This document shows, one piece after another, positions 1 through 9,317 of a DNA stretch of 64,000 bases. A program made the position numbers and the translations under genes. Each line of letters starts with the position of its first letter. Positions within the stretch are counted from its first letter, which is position 1. The notes beneath the pieces are model-generated. The model did no database searches. It had not been told where the DNA came from and worked only from the letters and a program-made list of their open reading frames with translations. Source of the DNA: a bacterium (GTDB lineage Bacteria; Lernaellota; Lernaellaia; JACKCT01); contig JAIOHV010000229.1 in the NCBI GenBank assembly GCA_019912885.1, forward strand, positions 3,846-67,845. Direction: 5' to 3'.

Positions 1-623
1 GGTGTGTGTTCGTGGATGCGCTCCGCGCCGTGGCGCATCTCCTTCATGGTCTGAATCGCGACGACCGTGTCGTACTTCGCCGCGAGATCGACGACGAAAT
101 CCAGATGCTCGACGTTGTATTTGGTCACCGTGCACGCGAGCGCGAAGGGGATCTTTTCGCGATACGCCGCCTCAAGGCCGGCCATCGTTTTTTCAAACCG
201 GTCCACGCCGCCTTCGACGCGGGCGTGGATCTCGCGCGGGCCGTGCACGCTCACCTTCAGCAAATCGATCCGGTGCAGGTCGTCGATGCGCTTTTCGATG
301 AACGTCCCGGTGGTGTTCATGCTGACCTGAAGACCGAGCGCTTTCGCCTTTCGAACAATCGTCCCGATGTCGTCGCGGATGAGCGGTTCGCCGCCCGACA
401 GCGAAAGGTGGATGCCGCCGATTTCCACGACCTGCTCCAGGCGCGGAAGGATGAAATCAAGCGGCACGAGCCCGGCGGGAAGTGTGTGCAGATGGCAAAA
501 GACGCACTCGGCGTCGCATGCGTTGAGAAGCTGCCAGCGCACCGCGATCGGCCGTTTGCGTTTCAGGAATTTCACCTGGGCAAAACGCGAGGCGGCTTGG
601 GCTTTTTGGCGCATTCTCAACAT
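1..623 (-). CDS. Radical SAM / SPASM-type enzyme, partial (3' end beyond window start)
   Basis: Minus-strand translation from ATG (cat at 621-623) reads MLRMRQKAQAASRFAQVKFLKRKRPIAVRWQLLNACDAECVFCHLH...SLSGGEPLIRDD..., with the CxxxCxxC 4Fe-4S motif about 30 aa from the N-terminus and a GGEP SAM motif. The ORF runs off the window start, so it is absent from the ORF track (no in-window stop). The plus-strand ORF 6..1112 is its antisense shadow. Paralogous in architecture to 12240..13280 and 10880..12001. Confidence 0.7.
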   Translation of the reverse strand, partial: MLRMRQKAQAASRFAQVKFLKRKRPIAVRWQLLNACDAECVFCHLHTLPAGLVPLDFILPRLEQVVEIGGIHLSLSGGEPLIRDDIGTIVRKAKALGLQVSMNTTGTFIEKRIDDLHRIDLLKVSVHGPREIHARVEGGVDRFEKTMAGLEAAYREKIPFALACTVTKYNVEHLDFVVDLAAKYDTVVAIQTMKEMRHGAERIHEHT

Positions 624-954
624 GATGGACTCGCGGGCTGGGCCAATCGGACAAATCAACCCCCGGGGGGCCGCGCGCCGAGACGGATCGTATTGGCGAC
701 CTCCCATTTTACGGAATATCGACCGGATAACAAACGACGTCAGGCGACTTGCGAATACCTGAGGAAACTCAACCGCAACGCGGAGACTTTCGCATGGCGC
801 GCTTCCGGCGTAACGCGGCTTACACATCGCGATTCTCGACCGCACAAACGGACTCGGGTAAAATGGTTTTTTGGTGCTCGAACCGAATTCGCGAGCCGAG
901 CCGATGGCGATGCGCGAAGGGCGTGCGCCGTGGGAGTCGAGGCATGGTGCGCCC

Positions 955-2376
955 ATGAAGATTTTGCTGGTCAATCCGCCGCGTTGGGACGCGCACCGCA
1001 TGGCGAAAAAGGTGCACGCGCCGCTGAATCTTCTGTACCTCGGCACGGCCCTGAAAAACGAAGGTCACGAGGTCGAGGTTCTGGACGCCAACGCGGCGGA
1101 CATGACGCTTGACCAAACCGTGGACGCGGCGGTCGCGGCCAAGGCGGGGCTGATCGGTTTTCCGCTGTTCTCGGACATTCTGCATCAAACGACGCGGCTC
1201 ATCCGCGCGACGCGCAAACGAATGCCCGCAACGCCGATCGTGCTCGGCGGCATCCACGTCACCGCCGATCCGCGCCACAACGCCGAAACGATTCCCGAGG
1301 CCGACTACTTCATCACCGGGTACGCCGAGCAGAGCCTCGCGCTGCTCGCCCGCGCGCTCGAGACGCACGCGCCACTCGACACGATCCCCTCGCTGACCTG
1401 GCGCGCGCCCGACGGCCTCCGGACCAATCCCGACAGCACGACGCGGATCGATATCAACGCGATCCCCATCCCCGACCGCTCGCTTGTCCGCGCGTACACG
1501 GAAAAAAACGCTTATTATCAGGTGCTGAACGCCAAACCGTTCGACACGATCGTCACGGGGCGCGGTTGCCCGTTCGTGTGCGGCTTTTGCTACAACGCCA
1601 TTCGCCCGCGCACGATGACCCGTTCGCCCGATAGCGTCATGGAGGAGCTCGTCTATCTCCATCAACGCGGCGTGCGTTTCGTGGATGTCGACGACGACCA
1701 CTTCACCTTTGATCGGCCCCGGGCGATGGAAATTTTCCGGCGCCTTACGCGCGAGAAGATGGATCTGTCGCTTTTCATCAAGGCGCGGCCGAACAACGTC
1801 GACGAGGAACTCATCCTCGCCGCGCGCGGCGCCGGCGTGTCGATCATCAGCTACGGCGTCGAATCCGGTTCGCAACGGCTGCTGGACGCCATGCACAAGG
1901 AAACCAACGTCGAGGACAACGCGCGGGTGATCGCGATGTCTCAGGCGGCAGGTCTGCAGGTGCACACGGGGTACCTCATCGGCTATCCGGGTGAGACGCC
2001 GGAAACGATCGAGGAGACCATCCGATTCGCGCGGCGAACGAAGCCCGACGCCGTTTCGCTTCAGATCCTCAAGCCCTATCTCGGCACCGAGGTTTACGAG
2101 CAGGCCAAGGCCAACGGCACCCTCGTCGGATCCTGGGATCCCAACGTGCCCGACTGGCCGTGGGTGCGCCTGCCGTGGACCGAGTCGCGCGACGATCTCG
2201 TCCGGTACGGCAAGAAATTCTACCGGAAGTCGTATTTGCGCGGCCGCAACGCCGTGCGTTATCCGGCGCGGATGATCAAGAACGCCAACATGCGCATGTT
2301 CCAGTACGCCGTGCAGACACTCGACGACATCCTGCGCCCGACACCCAAGGTCATTCCCGGCCGCGCCGCCGACTGA
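955..2376 (+). CDS. B12-binding (class B) radical SAM enzyme
   Basis: The N-terminal Rossmann-like B12-binding domain reads MKILLVNPP...LGTALKNEGHEVEVLD...IVLGGIHVT. It is followed by a radical-SAM core with GRGCPFVCGFC (CxxxCxxC). ATG at 955 is preceded by GGAG. The track ORF 871..2376 gives an alternative upstream start. Confidence 0.8.
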   Translation: MKILLVNPPRWDAHRMAKKVHAPLNLLYLGTALKNEGHEVEVLDANAADMTLDQTVDAAVAAKAGLIGFPLFSDILHQTTRLIRATRKRMPATPIVLGGIHVTADPRHNAETIPEADYFITGYAEQSLALLARALETHAPLDTIPSLTWRAPDGLRTNPDSTTRIDINAIPIPDRSLVRAYTEKNAYYQVLNAKPFDTIVTGRGCPFVCGFCYNAIRPRTMTRSPDSVMEELVYLHQRGVRFVDVDDDHFTFDRPRAMEIFRRLTREKMDLSLFIKARPNNVDEELILAARGAGVSIISYGVESGSQRLLDAMHKETNVEDNARVIAMSQAAGLQVHTGYLIGYPGETPETIEETIRFARRTKPDAVSLQILKPYLGTEVYEQAKANGTLVGSWDPNVPDWPWVRLPWTESRDDLVRYGKKFYRKSYLRGRNAVRYPARMIKNANMRMFQYAVQTLDDILRPTPKVIPGRAAD

Positions 2377-2380
2377 TCCG

Positions 2381-3406
2381 TCACGATGCGTTCGCGCCGA
2401 TCCGATCCGCGTTCGCCGCGTCGGCCACCGGCGCGAACAATCCCATTCGAAGAGCGCCCGGCAAGAAAAGCATCGAAAGGAACACGGGCAGAAGCCGCAT
2501 CGAAAACGATACGATGAGCCCGCCGGCGAGCGCCGCGGCTTCGCTTCCGAACGACGCGAAAAACGCCACCGTCGCGGCCTCGCGCGTTCCCAGGCCCAGG
2601 AACGTGATGGGCAGTTTCGCGGATAACATCACGAGCGGCGCGCGCCAAAGCAGGTCACCAAGCGGCACGGATATCCCCGCGGCGCCCAGACACATGCCGA
2701 TCGCCAACAGATCGACTAATTGAAGCACGCAGCCGGCCGCGATCAGCGTGAGCCGATGCGATAGCCCGATGTCGGTGAATCCGGCGACGAGGTTAGCGAA
2801 CAGATCGCCCACGCGCTCGTTTCTCGCGCGCACCCACGCGACCGGGTGACGCATCCACGGAAGGACAAACGGGACCGACGCAATGCCTGCGCTCAAAAAC
2901 GCCGGTATCCAATACCCGGCCGCGCCGGTGATCCACAATCCGAGCGCGAGATACACCCAAATCGTGTAAAAATTGATGAAATGATACATCGCCATCGAAC
3001 CCGCGCCGCGCGCGAACGGCAGGCCGTAATGCCTAAGCAGGTAATGGGGTCCGACGACAAACGAGCCGGCTTTCATCGGCAAAATCACGCGCAAGCACAA
3101 CACGCCGAGCCATAAACGGTAGATCTCGGCAATCGGTGGGCGCGCGCCGAGCCACACCACGATGCGTTGCCAGAAAAACGGGGTGCCGCCGAAGATGACA
3201 AGAAGATGCAACACGATCGCGGCGGCGATATAGGCGGGACGCGCGTTGGAGAGTGCGTCAATCAACGCCTCCCAGCCGCCCAGGTGAATGAGCACCGCGA
3301 AGATGAGCGCCATCAGAATCAGCGACACGAAAAGGCTCGCCGCCTTTCGCTTCCGAACGCCGCGCCCGAATTCCACCAGGAATTTCGTTCGATCCGCCGC
3401 CGGCAT
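2381..3406 (-). CDS. UPF0104 / lysyl-PG-synthase-TM-like 'flippase-like' polytopic membrane protein (copy A)
   Basis: Translation is highly hydrophobic and multi-TM with the ...TFLGLGTREAA... motif typical of the MprF flippase-domain family (PF03706-like). ATG (cat 3404-3406) is preceded by GGGAGG. About 78% nucleotide identical to 13336..14361. Confidence 0.7.
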   Translation of the reverse strand: MPAADRTKFLVEFGRGVRKRKAASLFVSLILMALIFAVLIHLGGWEALIDALSNARPAYIAAAIVLHLLVIFGGTPFFWQRIVVWLGARPPIAEIYRLWLGVLCLRVILPMKAGSFVVGPHYLLRHYGLPFARGAGSMAMYHFINFYTIWVYLALGLWITGAAGYWIPAFLSAGIASVPFVLPWMRHPVAWVRARNERVGDLFANLVAGFTDIGLSHRLTLIAAGCVLQLVDLLAIGMCLGAAGISVPLGDLLWRAPLVMLSAKLPITFLGLGTREAATVAFFASFGSEAAALAGGLIVSFSMRLLPVFLSMLFLPGALRMGLFAPVADAANADRIGANAS

Positions 3407-3525
3407 GTTCCTCCCGCGCGTGACTATCGCGCCCGTCCCCAGTCCAGGCAAGCGCCTCGTTGATACCGTCCCGGGTTGATCCCTCGCCGGCCGCAGCGTG
3501 GACGCGCACGTCTCGTCAGGGGAGA

Positions 3526-3720
3526 ATGGTCGGGGGAGTCGAATACGCCGTGCCAACCGTTCCGCGCGACCGCATCATCATGATCCCGACATACAACGAG
3601 TCGGCGACTATTCGCCCGCTCGTCGACCGGATCATCGAAGCCGATCCTCGTTCGGACATCCTGGTCATCGACGATGCGTCGCCGGACCACACCGCCGACA
3701 TCGTGCGGGCGTTTGGGCAC
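3526..3720 (+). pseudogene. N-terminal remnant of a GT2 (dolichyl/polyprenyl-phosphate sugar synthase, Dpm1-like) glycosyltransferase
   Basis: Translation MVGGVEYAVPTVPRDRIIMIPTYNESATIRPLVDRIIEADPRSDILVIDDASPDHTADIVRAF is a canonical GT-A N-terminus (PTYNE ... DDxSxD). Sense is lost after about 65 aa. The reading frame then runs into the 3' end of the convergent gene 3887..5548, and no continuation appears in other frames. Confidence 0.5.
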
Positions 3721-3886
3721 ATTCCATCCCTACCTGGCCGTCGAGGCGCTCGCAAAACTGCACAAACTGCGCGCGGGTTAATCCCGCGAGCGAAGCGAAC
3801 GCTCCGTCGCGGCCTCGTGCCAAGCGTTTGCCGGACGACGACACGCCAGGCGCAAGCACCGGACTTCCCCGGACGCGCGGAAGGGA

Positions 3887-5548
3887 TCAAATCGTCCCGC
3901 GCGCTTCTTCGAGCAGCTCGTCCACCTGGATCTCGAAAAATCCGTAGGTCGTCGTCGTAAACACGCGGCCGCTCTTCGGAAGCACGAGGATCGCATAGTT
4001 GCGCGGGCCGACGTTGACCGTCGCAAGCACGCGCTTGTCTTTCCACGAGACGACGTGGAACTCGCCGTTGAAATAGTTGCCGATGTAGAGCAGATCGCGC
4101 CGCGCGTCCGCGGCGACCAGATGCAGGCCGATGCCGATTTTCATCGAGCCGGTCACCGTCAGTGTCGCCGGATCGATCCCGTATAGCCGCCCGGTCAGCG
4201 GATTGACAAGAAACAGGTCGCCCGTGGCAGGCTCGGTCTCGAGCCCAAAACCAAACGGCCACATGAGCGTCCGGCGGATTTCGAGCGTGTCGTTGTCAAG
4301 TTCCGCGACGCCGGGCGGGATCCAGTCAACCTGCGTGTAGAAGTGCCCCGTCTTCGGCGACTTCACCACCACGTCGGCGCTGGGATTCGGGACGCCCATC
4401 AAGATGCGTCGCGGCTGGATCTGCCAGATCGTCAACTCATGCGGAAGAGGGCGCCAGGCCAATTCGTCCGAAGGCGTTTCGTAAAAGACGATCATCCGGT
4501 TTCTTTCGTGCTCGATAACGATCTTTTGAACGTCGCGGTGCGCCGGGTACTCGCGATAAAGTTGCCCGGCGTCGTCCGGGCAGACGCAATTGCGATCGCG
4601 GGATTGCGAGATGACCTCGCATGCGAATTCGACCGGATGCTCGAACGCCTTGGCAGGAATGCGCAAAAGGGTTCGGAAGCCGACGTTGCCCACCCAGAGC
4701 GTTTCCGACGCCGTGTCGTAGGTGATCGCCTCGGTCCGAGTCGGCAGCGGCAACGCGTCGAATCGGCCGGTCGTCAATTCGTAGCGGAAAAGACTGCTGT
4801 ACGGGTGCGGCCGTGAAGCGGGAAACGCGGACATGACGTCCGCAGCGTAGATGTAACGCTCTTCCGGATCGGCCGTCAGGTAGTACAGAAAGTGCGGCGG
4901 ATTTTCGATTGGGTATTCGCCGACGGGAAAATGCGGACACGACCCGGCGGGATCCGGTCCATGCGCGCGCGCCGGTCTGCCATAGGCATACGTCGCAAGG
5001 GGAACCACGCCCCGTTGATCGAGCGTTTTCTCATACGCGCTCTCATCCAGAGGCCGCTCGAAATCGACCCACCGGTAGGCATACGTGGCTATCGCAAGAA
5101 AGAAAATGAACGGATAGATCGCCGGAATGTTTCGACGCCGGGCGAGCAACGCCGACACGGCGACCGCCACGGCCACAAGCCATGGCACAATCGGCTGAAC
5201 GAGCGATTGAAAGACGATGAGAACGGAAAATATCGGAAACGCGATCGCGACGAGCAGCGTCCACGCCGCGATGCGCGTGTAGCGGGCCGCGCGATACCAG
5301 GCGCGCCGATCGGCATTTCGTTCCACGCGTCCCGCCGCGACCACGGCGCAAAACAATAGCGGCGGAATAAAGAGGATGCCCCATGAAATGGCTTGCTGCG
5401 GGATCCTTTGGCTGATGGCGAAAAAGTCGGGCGTGACGATTTTTGTGAGATGGTGGGCGTAGGCATAAAACGATAGTGCGAGAAATAACGCGAACGCCGC
5501 GCCGCGTCGCATCTTCGCCGCCACCGCCCTGGCCCGATGACTTGTCAT
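3887..5548 (-). CDS. Membrane-anchored protein with C-terminal beta-propeller-like domain (hypothetical)
   Basis: The N-terminal 200 aa is multi-TM. The C-terminal region carries repeated strand-like motifs (...LYIGNYFNGEFHVVSWKDKRVLATVNVGPRNYAILVL...) reminiscent of YVTN/NHL propellers. The start overlaps the upstream DegT stop (ATGA), implying operon coupling. Confidence 0.6.
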   Translation of the reverse strand: MTSHRARAVAAKMRRGAAFALFLALSFYAYAHHLTKIVTPDFFAISQRIPQQAISWGILFIPPLLFCAVVAAGRVERNADRRAWYRAARYTRIAAWTLLVAIAFPIFSVLIVFQSLVQPIVPWLVAVAVAVSALLARRRNIPAIYPFIFFLAIATYAYRWVDFERPLDESAYEKTLDQRGVVPLATYAYGRPARAHGPDPAGSCPHFPVGEYPIENPPHFLYYLTADPEERYIYAADVMSAFPASRPHPYSSLFRYELTTGRFDALPLPTRTEAITYDTASETLWVGNVGFRTLLRIPAKAFEHPVEFACEVISQSRDRNCVCPDDAGQLYREYPAHRDVQKIVIEHERNRMIVFYETPSDELAWRPLPHELTIWQIQPRRILMGVPNPSADVVVKSPKTGHFYTQVDWIPPGVAELDNDTLEIRRTLMWPFGFGLETEPATGDLFLVNPLTGRLYGIDPATLTVTGSMKIGIGLHLVAADARRDLLYIGNYFNGEFHVVSWKDKRVLATVNVGPRNYAILVLPKSGRVFTTTTYGFFEIQVDELLEEARGTI

Positions 5549-6747
5549 CGGCCGCGCACCGGGAAAATTTCTTGCATCGCGGCGGTGAGGCGATCAAACC
5601 TGCGATCGTTCAATCCGCCATAGAGCGGCAGCAATACCGCGCGCGCGTGGACGTTAGCGGCCACCGGGCAATCGGACGCGCCCAGCGCGGCGGCACCGTC
5701 ATCCGCCACCTCGCCGCCGATGCCGATATCCAGTCCCCGGCGCATCGCCAGACGGCGCAAGTCGGCGGGCGGTATCTCGGACAACGCAACGAAATTGTAG
5801 AAAGCCGGCTCACCGGCAAGATCGCGCCGCTGCGCGACAAGGCCCGCCGGAAGCCCCGCCGCGAGGGCGTCGAATCGGGCGTTCAAGGCGGCGTTTCGCG
5901 GATCGAGATCGCGTAAGCGCGCGATTCCCAGCCGCGCCTGAAAAACGCTGAAGGCGACTTTGCGACGAATCCGGTCGTGGCTGCCGCGATAGGCGCGTTC
6001 GAATCGCGCCGCCATCAAGGGCGAAAAAAGAACGCGCGCCGCGAGTCCATAGATCGGGCTGCGAATCACGCCCTCCTCGATCCACGCCAGCAAAGCCTTT
6101 TTCAATGCCGGCCATTCCGTTACCGGGCGCTCGTCGATCTCCCGCGCGATGTCCGCGCCCCTTCCCGCATCCTTCACGACCACGATGCCGCCGCCGTAGG
6201 TGGGCAGCGCCTTGTTCACCTCCAGGCTGAAAAACGAGGCCGCGCCGAACGTGCCGACCTTGCGCCCATTCACCGTGGCGCCAAGGGCGTGCGCGCAGTC
6301 CTCGACGACCGAAAGCCCTCGCTCGTCGGCGAGCGCGCAAAGCGCTTCGATATCGCACGGCGCACCGAACAAGTGCGTCGCGAGGACGGCGCGCGTCGCG
6401 GGCGTGATGCGCGCCCTGACGCTTTCGACATCGATATTGAATCCCACCGGTTCGATATCCGCCGCGACCGGGCGCAACCCGTGCGCCTGCATGAGCGGCA
6501 GCAATTCGCCAAGCGTGTAAGCGGGCACGATGACCTCGTCGCCCGGCCGAAGACCGACGGCCTTGAAGGCGAGCATCATCGCATCGCGGCCGCTTGCGAC
6601 GGCCCGGGCGAATTCGCATCCGAGGTATTCGCGAAACCCCGCCTCGAACGCGCGCACGTCGTCACGCCCGCGCGCGTCTCCCGCGAGCGATCGGCACCAG
6701 AACGAGACGTCACGAAATCGAAAGGACAGGCGTCGCCGCGGAATCAT
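5545..6747 (-). CDS. DegT/DnrJ/EryC1/StrS-family PLP-dependent sugar aminotransferase (copy A)
   Basis: Translation MIPRRRLSF...GDEVIVPAYTLGELLP...HLFGAPCDIEALCALADERGLSVVEDCAHALGA...FFSLEVNKALP has the fold-type-I aspartate aminotransferase-like signature of this family. It is about 50% identical to the paralog at 14448..15683. The track ORF extends to 6810. Confidence 0.8.
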   Translation of the reverse strand: MIPRRRLSFRFRDVSFWCRSLAGDARGRDDVRAFEAGFREYLGCEFARAVASGRDAMMLAFKAVGLRPGDEVIVPAYTLGELLPLMQAHGLRPVAADIEPVGFNIDVESVRARITPATRAVLATHLFGAPCDIEALCALADERGLSVVEDCAHALGATVNGRKVGTFGAASFFSLEVNKALPTYGGGIVVVKDAGRGADIAREIDERPVTEWPALKKALLAWIEEGVIRSPIYGLAARVLFSPLMAARFERAYRGSHDRIRRKVAFSVFQARLGIARLRDLDPRNAALNARFDALAAGLPAGLVAQRRDLAGEPAFYNFVALSEIPPADLRRLAMRRGLDIGIGGEVADDGAAALGASDCPVAANVHARAVLLPLYGGLNDRRFDRLTAAMQEIFPVRGR

Positions 6748-6754
6748 CGCGCGC

Positions 6755-9133
6755 TCAATCCTGTCGCCGCGCCCGCCGCCCGCCGAACGCGAGAAGCGCG
6801 ACGATGCCAAGACCCATGGCGCTCACGGCGAGGCCGCGACGAAACGATCGCGGTACATACGCGACGCGTATTTCGTTATCACCCGGACCGACGGGGATGG
6901 CGCGAAACGCCCCCTGCGCGCGGCAAATCGGCGCGGACTGTCCGTTGACCGTCGCCTCCCAGCGCGAATCCCAAACGTCGGTCAACAGAACGAATCCCGG
7001 CGACGGCGCGTCAACGCGCATGTCAACGCTTGTTGAAACGTGGTTCGTGATGTTCACAATGAATTGCGCACCCGAGCCTGTCATTGTCTCCGGCGGCGCC
7101 TGGACGGGTTCGGGGCAAACCAACACAAGGGATCGGCGCGGATCGAAGGACTTGGCATCCAATTGCCCCGCCGCCGCCTGGTCGTCCGGCTCAATCCGCG
7201 CGCCGGAGAAAAACGTCGCGCGCGGCAGCGCGTTATCGTTTCGATACAGATAAACGCCGTCACGCCGCACGAACGTGTAACCCGGCGCATCGATCGGCGT
7301 GCGCGACAAAATGTATTTGATATTCAACATATCGACCCAAGGGCTCCGCAAGCTGTCGCGGGACCGCAATTCACGCACGCGGATGTTCCATATCTGGTTG
7401 ACGTACGAGCCCTTCTCGATGCGATCCCACACCGCCGCGTAGGAATCGATGATCACAGACAAGTAACCCGCGGCGTCGGCCAAATTGTATCCCATCCCCG
7501 TGTCGGGGGGGAAGATGTTCGAGTAGCGTCCCGGCGGATCGGGGTCGAATCGCGCGAAGCGGAAAACGCTCGTATCCGCGCGCATGGCGTCCGTGATCGG
7601 CGTCGGCGGAAAGATGTCGCCCGGCGGATTGTCCGGAACAACGGGCAAACCCGAACGAAGGATGTTGGCGGCGACAAAGATCAGGATGACGAACGGGAGG
7701 ACGCGGGAGTCCGGATGTCGCGCGCGGGCCATCAGCAGGACAAGCGCGACCGCCGTCGCGACCGCGCCAAAGGCCAGCGGCCGGTCGATCTCAATGCCCT
7801 GACCGGGCATCGGACGAACGGCGTCGATGTAGATCGCGACGGCTGCGATCAAACCGGCCGCGATGAGAACCCTGCCCATCGCCTTTTTGCGCTGCCGGGG
7901 CGTCGGGGCACCGATCTCGTCGAACCCCGCCGCGCCCAGGATGACGATCGCCGCCAACGGGATGAGAAGAAGGCCGCGCGACAGCGCGACGGACTTTAGA
8001 AGCGGCGTGTGCAAATACGGCCAAGCCAAGGGTGTGCCCAACGCGACGAGGAGCATGACAAGCCCGAACAACGCGATCGCCAGATGGCGCGGGCGACGCC
8101 GCGCGGCAAGACCCGCGGCGGCCAGGAGAACGATCGTCGAGCCGGTGTAGGCTAACGTCTGATGCGACCAGAAATCCGGATACGTAGACATGCTCAACGG
8201 TTTTACGGCGCCGAAACCCGGAAAAATCGCGCCGGCAACATCGACCCAGGGAATGTGGTCGCGAATCAACAAGGCCGCCGGCTCTTCGTAGTCCGTTCGG
8301 CTGAGAAAACCCATGGTCGGCAGGATTTGCGCCGCGCCGATGGCGGCGGCGAGCGAGGCCGCGACCCCGGCCCAGCCGATCGCCCTCGCCCGCGCGATGC
8401 CCGCGCGTTTTTCGAGAAGATCGATCAGAAAAAACACGCCCCAGGTCAAAAAAACGATCACGCCGGTTTTGAGATTGCCCGCCAGCATGATCGCCGAAAA
8501 TCCAAGCGTGAGCGCCGCGGCACGGCGCGCGTCGGGGCGTTCGACAAGCCGGCGCCCCAACAATAGCGTGACGGGCAGCCACGCGATGGTGTGATGCATG
8601 GGTGGGTCGAAAATGGTCTCCAGCATGAATCCGCCGTAGGCGAAAACAACGGCCCCTAGAATCGATGCCGTGACCGATCGGCCAAACGCGCGCAGCAACA
8701 AAAAAAAGCCGAACCCGGCGATGAACGCGTGTGCAAACGCGAGAATCGCCAGTGTCTGATCCATCGGCAGGATCAGATAAAGGGCGTTCGGCGGATAGAG
8801 AAGTCCTTGTTCATTGATTCCGTGAAGAGGCGTTCCCCCGAGCACGAGTGGATTCCAGTGCGGAAAACGCCCATGCCGCACCTCCTGGATCGCGTAGCTT
8901 TGCCAGGAGAGATAAAAGTCGAGAACGTCGGTCAGGTCAGGACTTTGAAGGCTGTTGACGTCGTCGATCGATTCCCCCGCCCAGGGATACGCGACGCCAA
9001 GGTTGTCGGTCGGGACCAGGGAGGTCACGCGCAACGCGCCCAAACCAAAGAGCACGGCGCCAACAATGAAAATCGCCGCCGCGCCCACGAGCCGCGCCCG
9101 TGCGGCGGCCGCGCGCGGCAGCGGCATGTTCAT
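6755..9133 (-). CDS. YfhO-like large polytopic membrane protein (putative GT-C glycosyltransferase)
   Basis: It is 792 aa with more than 12 predicted TM helices, followed by a C-terminal extracytoplasmic domain. The overall architecture and the N-terminal loop match the YfhO family, which includes glycolipid/teichoic-acid glycosylating GT-C enzymes. Confidence 0.65.
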   Translation of the reverse strand: MNMPLPRAAAARARLVGAAAIFIVGAVLFGLGALRVTSLVPTDNLGVAYPWAGESIDDVNSLQSPDLTDVLDFYLSWQSYAIQEVRHGRFPHWNPLVLGGTPLHGINEQGLLYPPNALYLILPMDQTLAILAFAHAFIAGFGFFLLLRAFGRSVTASILGAVVFAYGGFMLETIFDPPMHHTIAWLPVTLLLGRRLVERPDARRAAALTLGFSAIMLAGNLKTGVIVFLTWGVFFLIDLLEKRAGIARARAIGWAGVAASLAAAIGAAQILPTMGFLSRTDYEEPAALLIRDHIPWVDVAGAIFPGFGAVKPLSMSTYPDFWSHQTLAYTGSTIVLLAAAGLAARRRPRHLAIALFGLVMLLVALGTPLAWPYLHTPLLKSVALSRGLLLIPLAAIVILGAAGFDEIGAPTPRQRKKAMGRVLIAAGLIAAVAIYIDAVRPMPGQGIEIDRPLAFGAVATAVALVLLMARARHPDSRVLPFVILIFVAANILRSGLPVVPDNPPGDIFPPTPITDAMRADTSVFRFARFDPDPPGRYSNIFPPDTGMGYNLADAAGYLSVIIDSYAAVWDRIEKGSYVNQIWNIRVRELRSRDSLRSPWVDMLNIKYILSRTPIDAPGYTFVRRDGVYLYRNDNALPRATFFSGARIEPDDQAAAGQLDAKSFDPRRSLVLVCPEPVQAPPETMTGSGAQFIVNITNHVSTSVDMRVDAPSPGFVLLTDVWDSRWEATVNGQSAPICRAQGAFRAIPVGPGDNEIRVAYVPRSFRRGLAVSAMGLGIVALLAFGGRRARRQD

Positions 9134-9317
9134 TGCGATGCCGCCGGCGTCGCCGTTAACCGGCGCGCGCGCCGCCGCGGGTGAGGCAACGGGAGTGTCG
9201 GCGGTTCAGGAAATTTGCGTATCGCGACGGCGGTCAGGACGACCGCGCCGGCTACAGGAACGATTGCGGCGGCCGGAGATCCCGCGGGCAAGACTGCCCG
9301 GCGGGGCGAACGCGAAT

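Noticed and set aside
749-958. Small ORFs in the divergent region 624-954 as candidate RiPP precursor peptides for the adjacent rSAM enzymes
   Set aside because: They have no SD and no leader/core features. The products are Arg-rich and are more likely noise. The cluster context (DegT, flippase-like, YfhO) points to sugar or lipid chemistry rather than RiPP chemistry.
6-1112. 368-aa plus-strand ORF at the window start
   Set aside because: It is the antisense shadow of the minus-strand radical-SAM gene (1..623), whose translation shows clean CxxxCxxC and GGEP motifs. The plus-frame product is Arg/His-rich low-complexity with no motif.
3460-3960. Treating track ORF 3460..3960 as an intact 166-aa gene
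   Set aside because: Only the first about 65 aa after MVGG... match a GT2 N-terminus. The remainder is Arg-rich nonsense overlapping the convergent gene's 3' end, so it is called a remnant instead.
5810-6619. 269-aa minus-frame ORF inside the DegT gene, plus 323-aa plus-strand ORF 5977..6948
   Set aside because: They are alternate-frame or antisense shadows. Only the 5545..6747 frame yields the aminotransferase signature.
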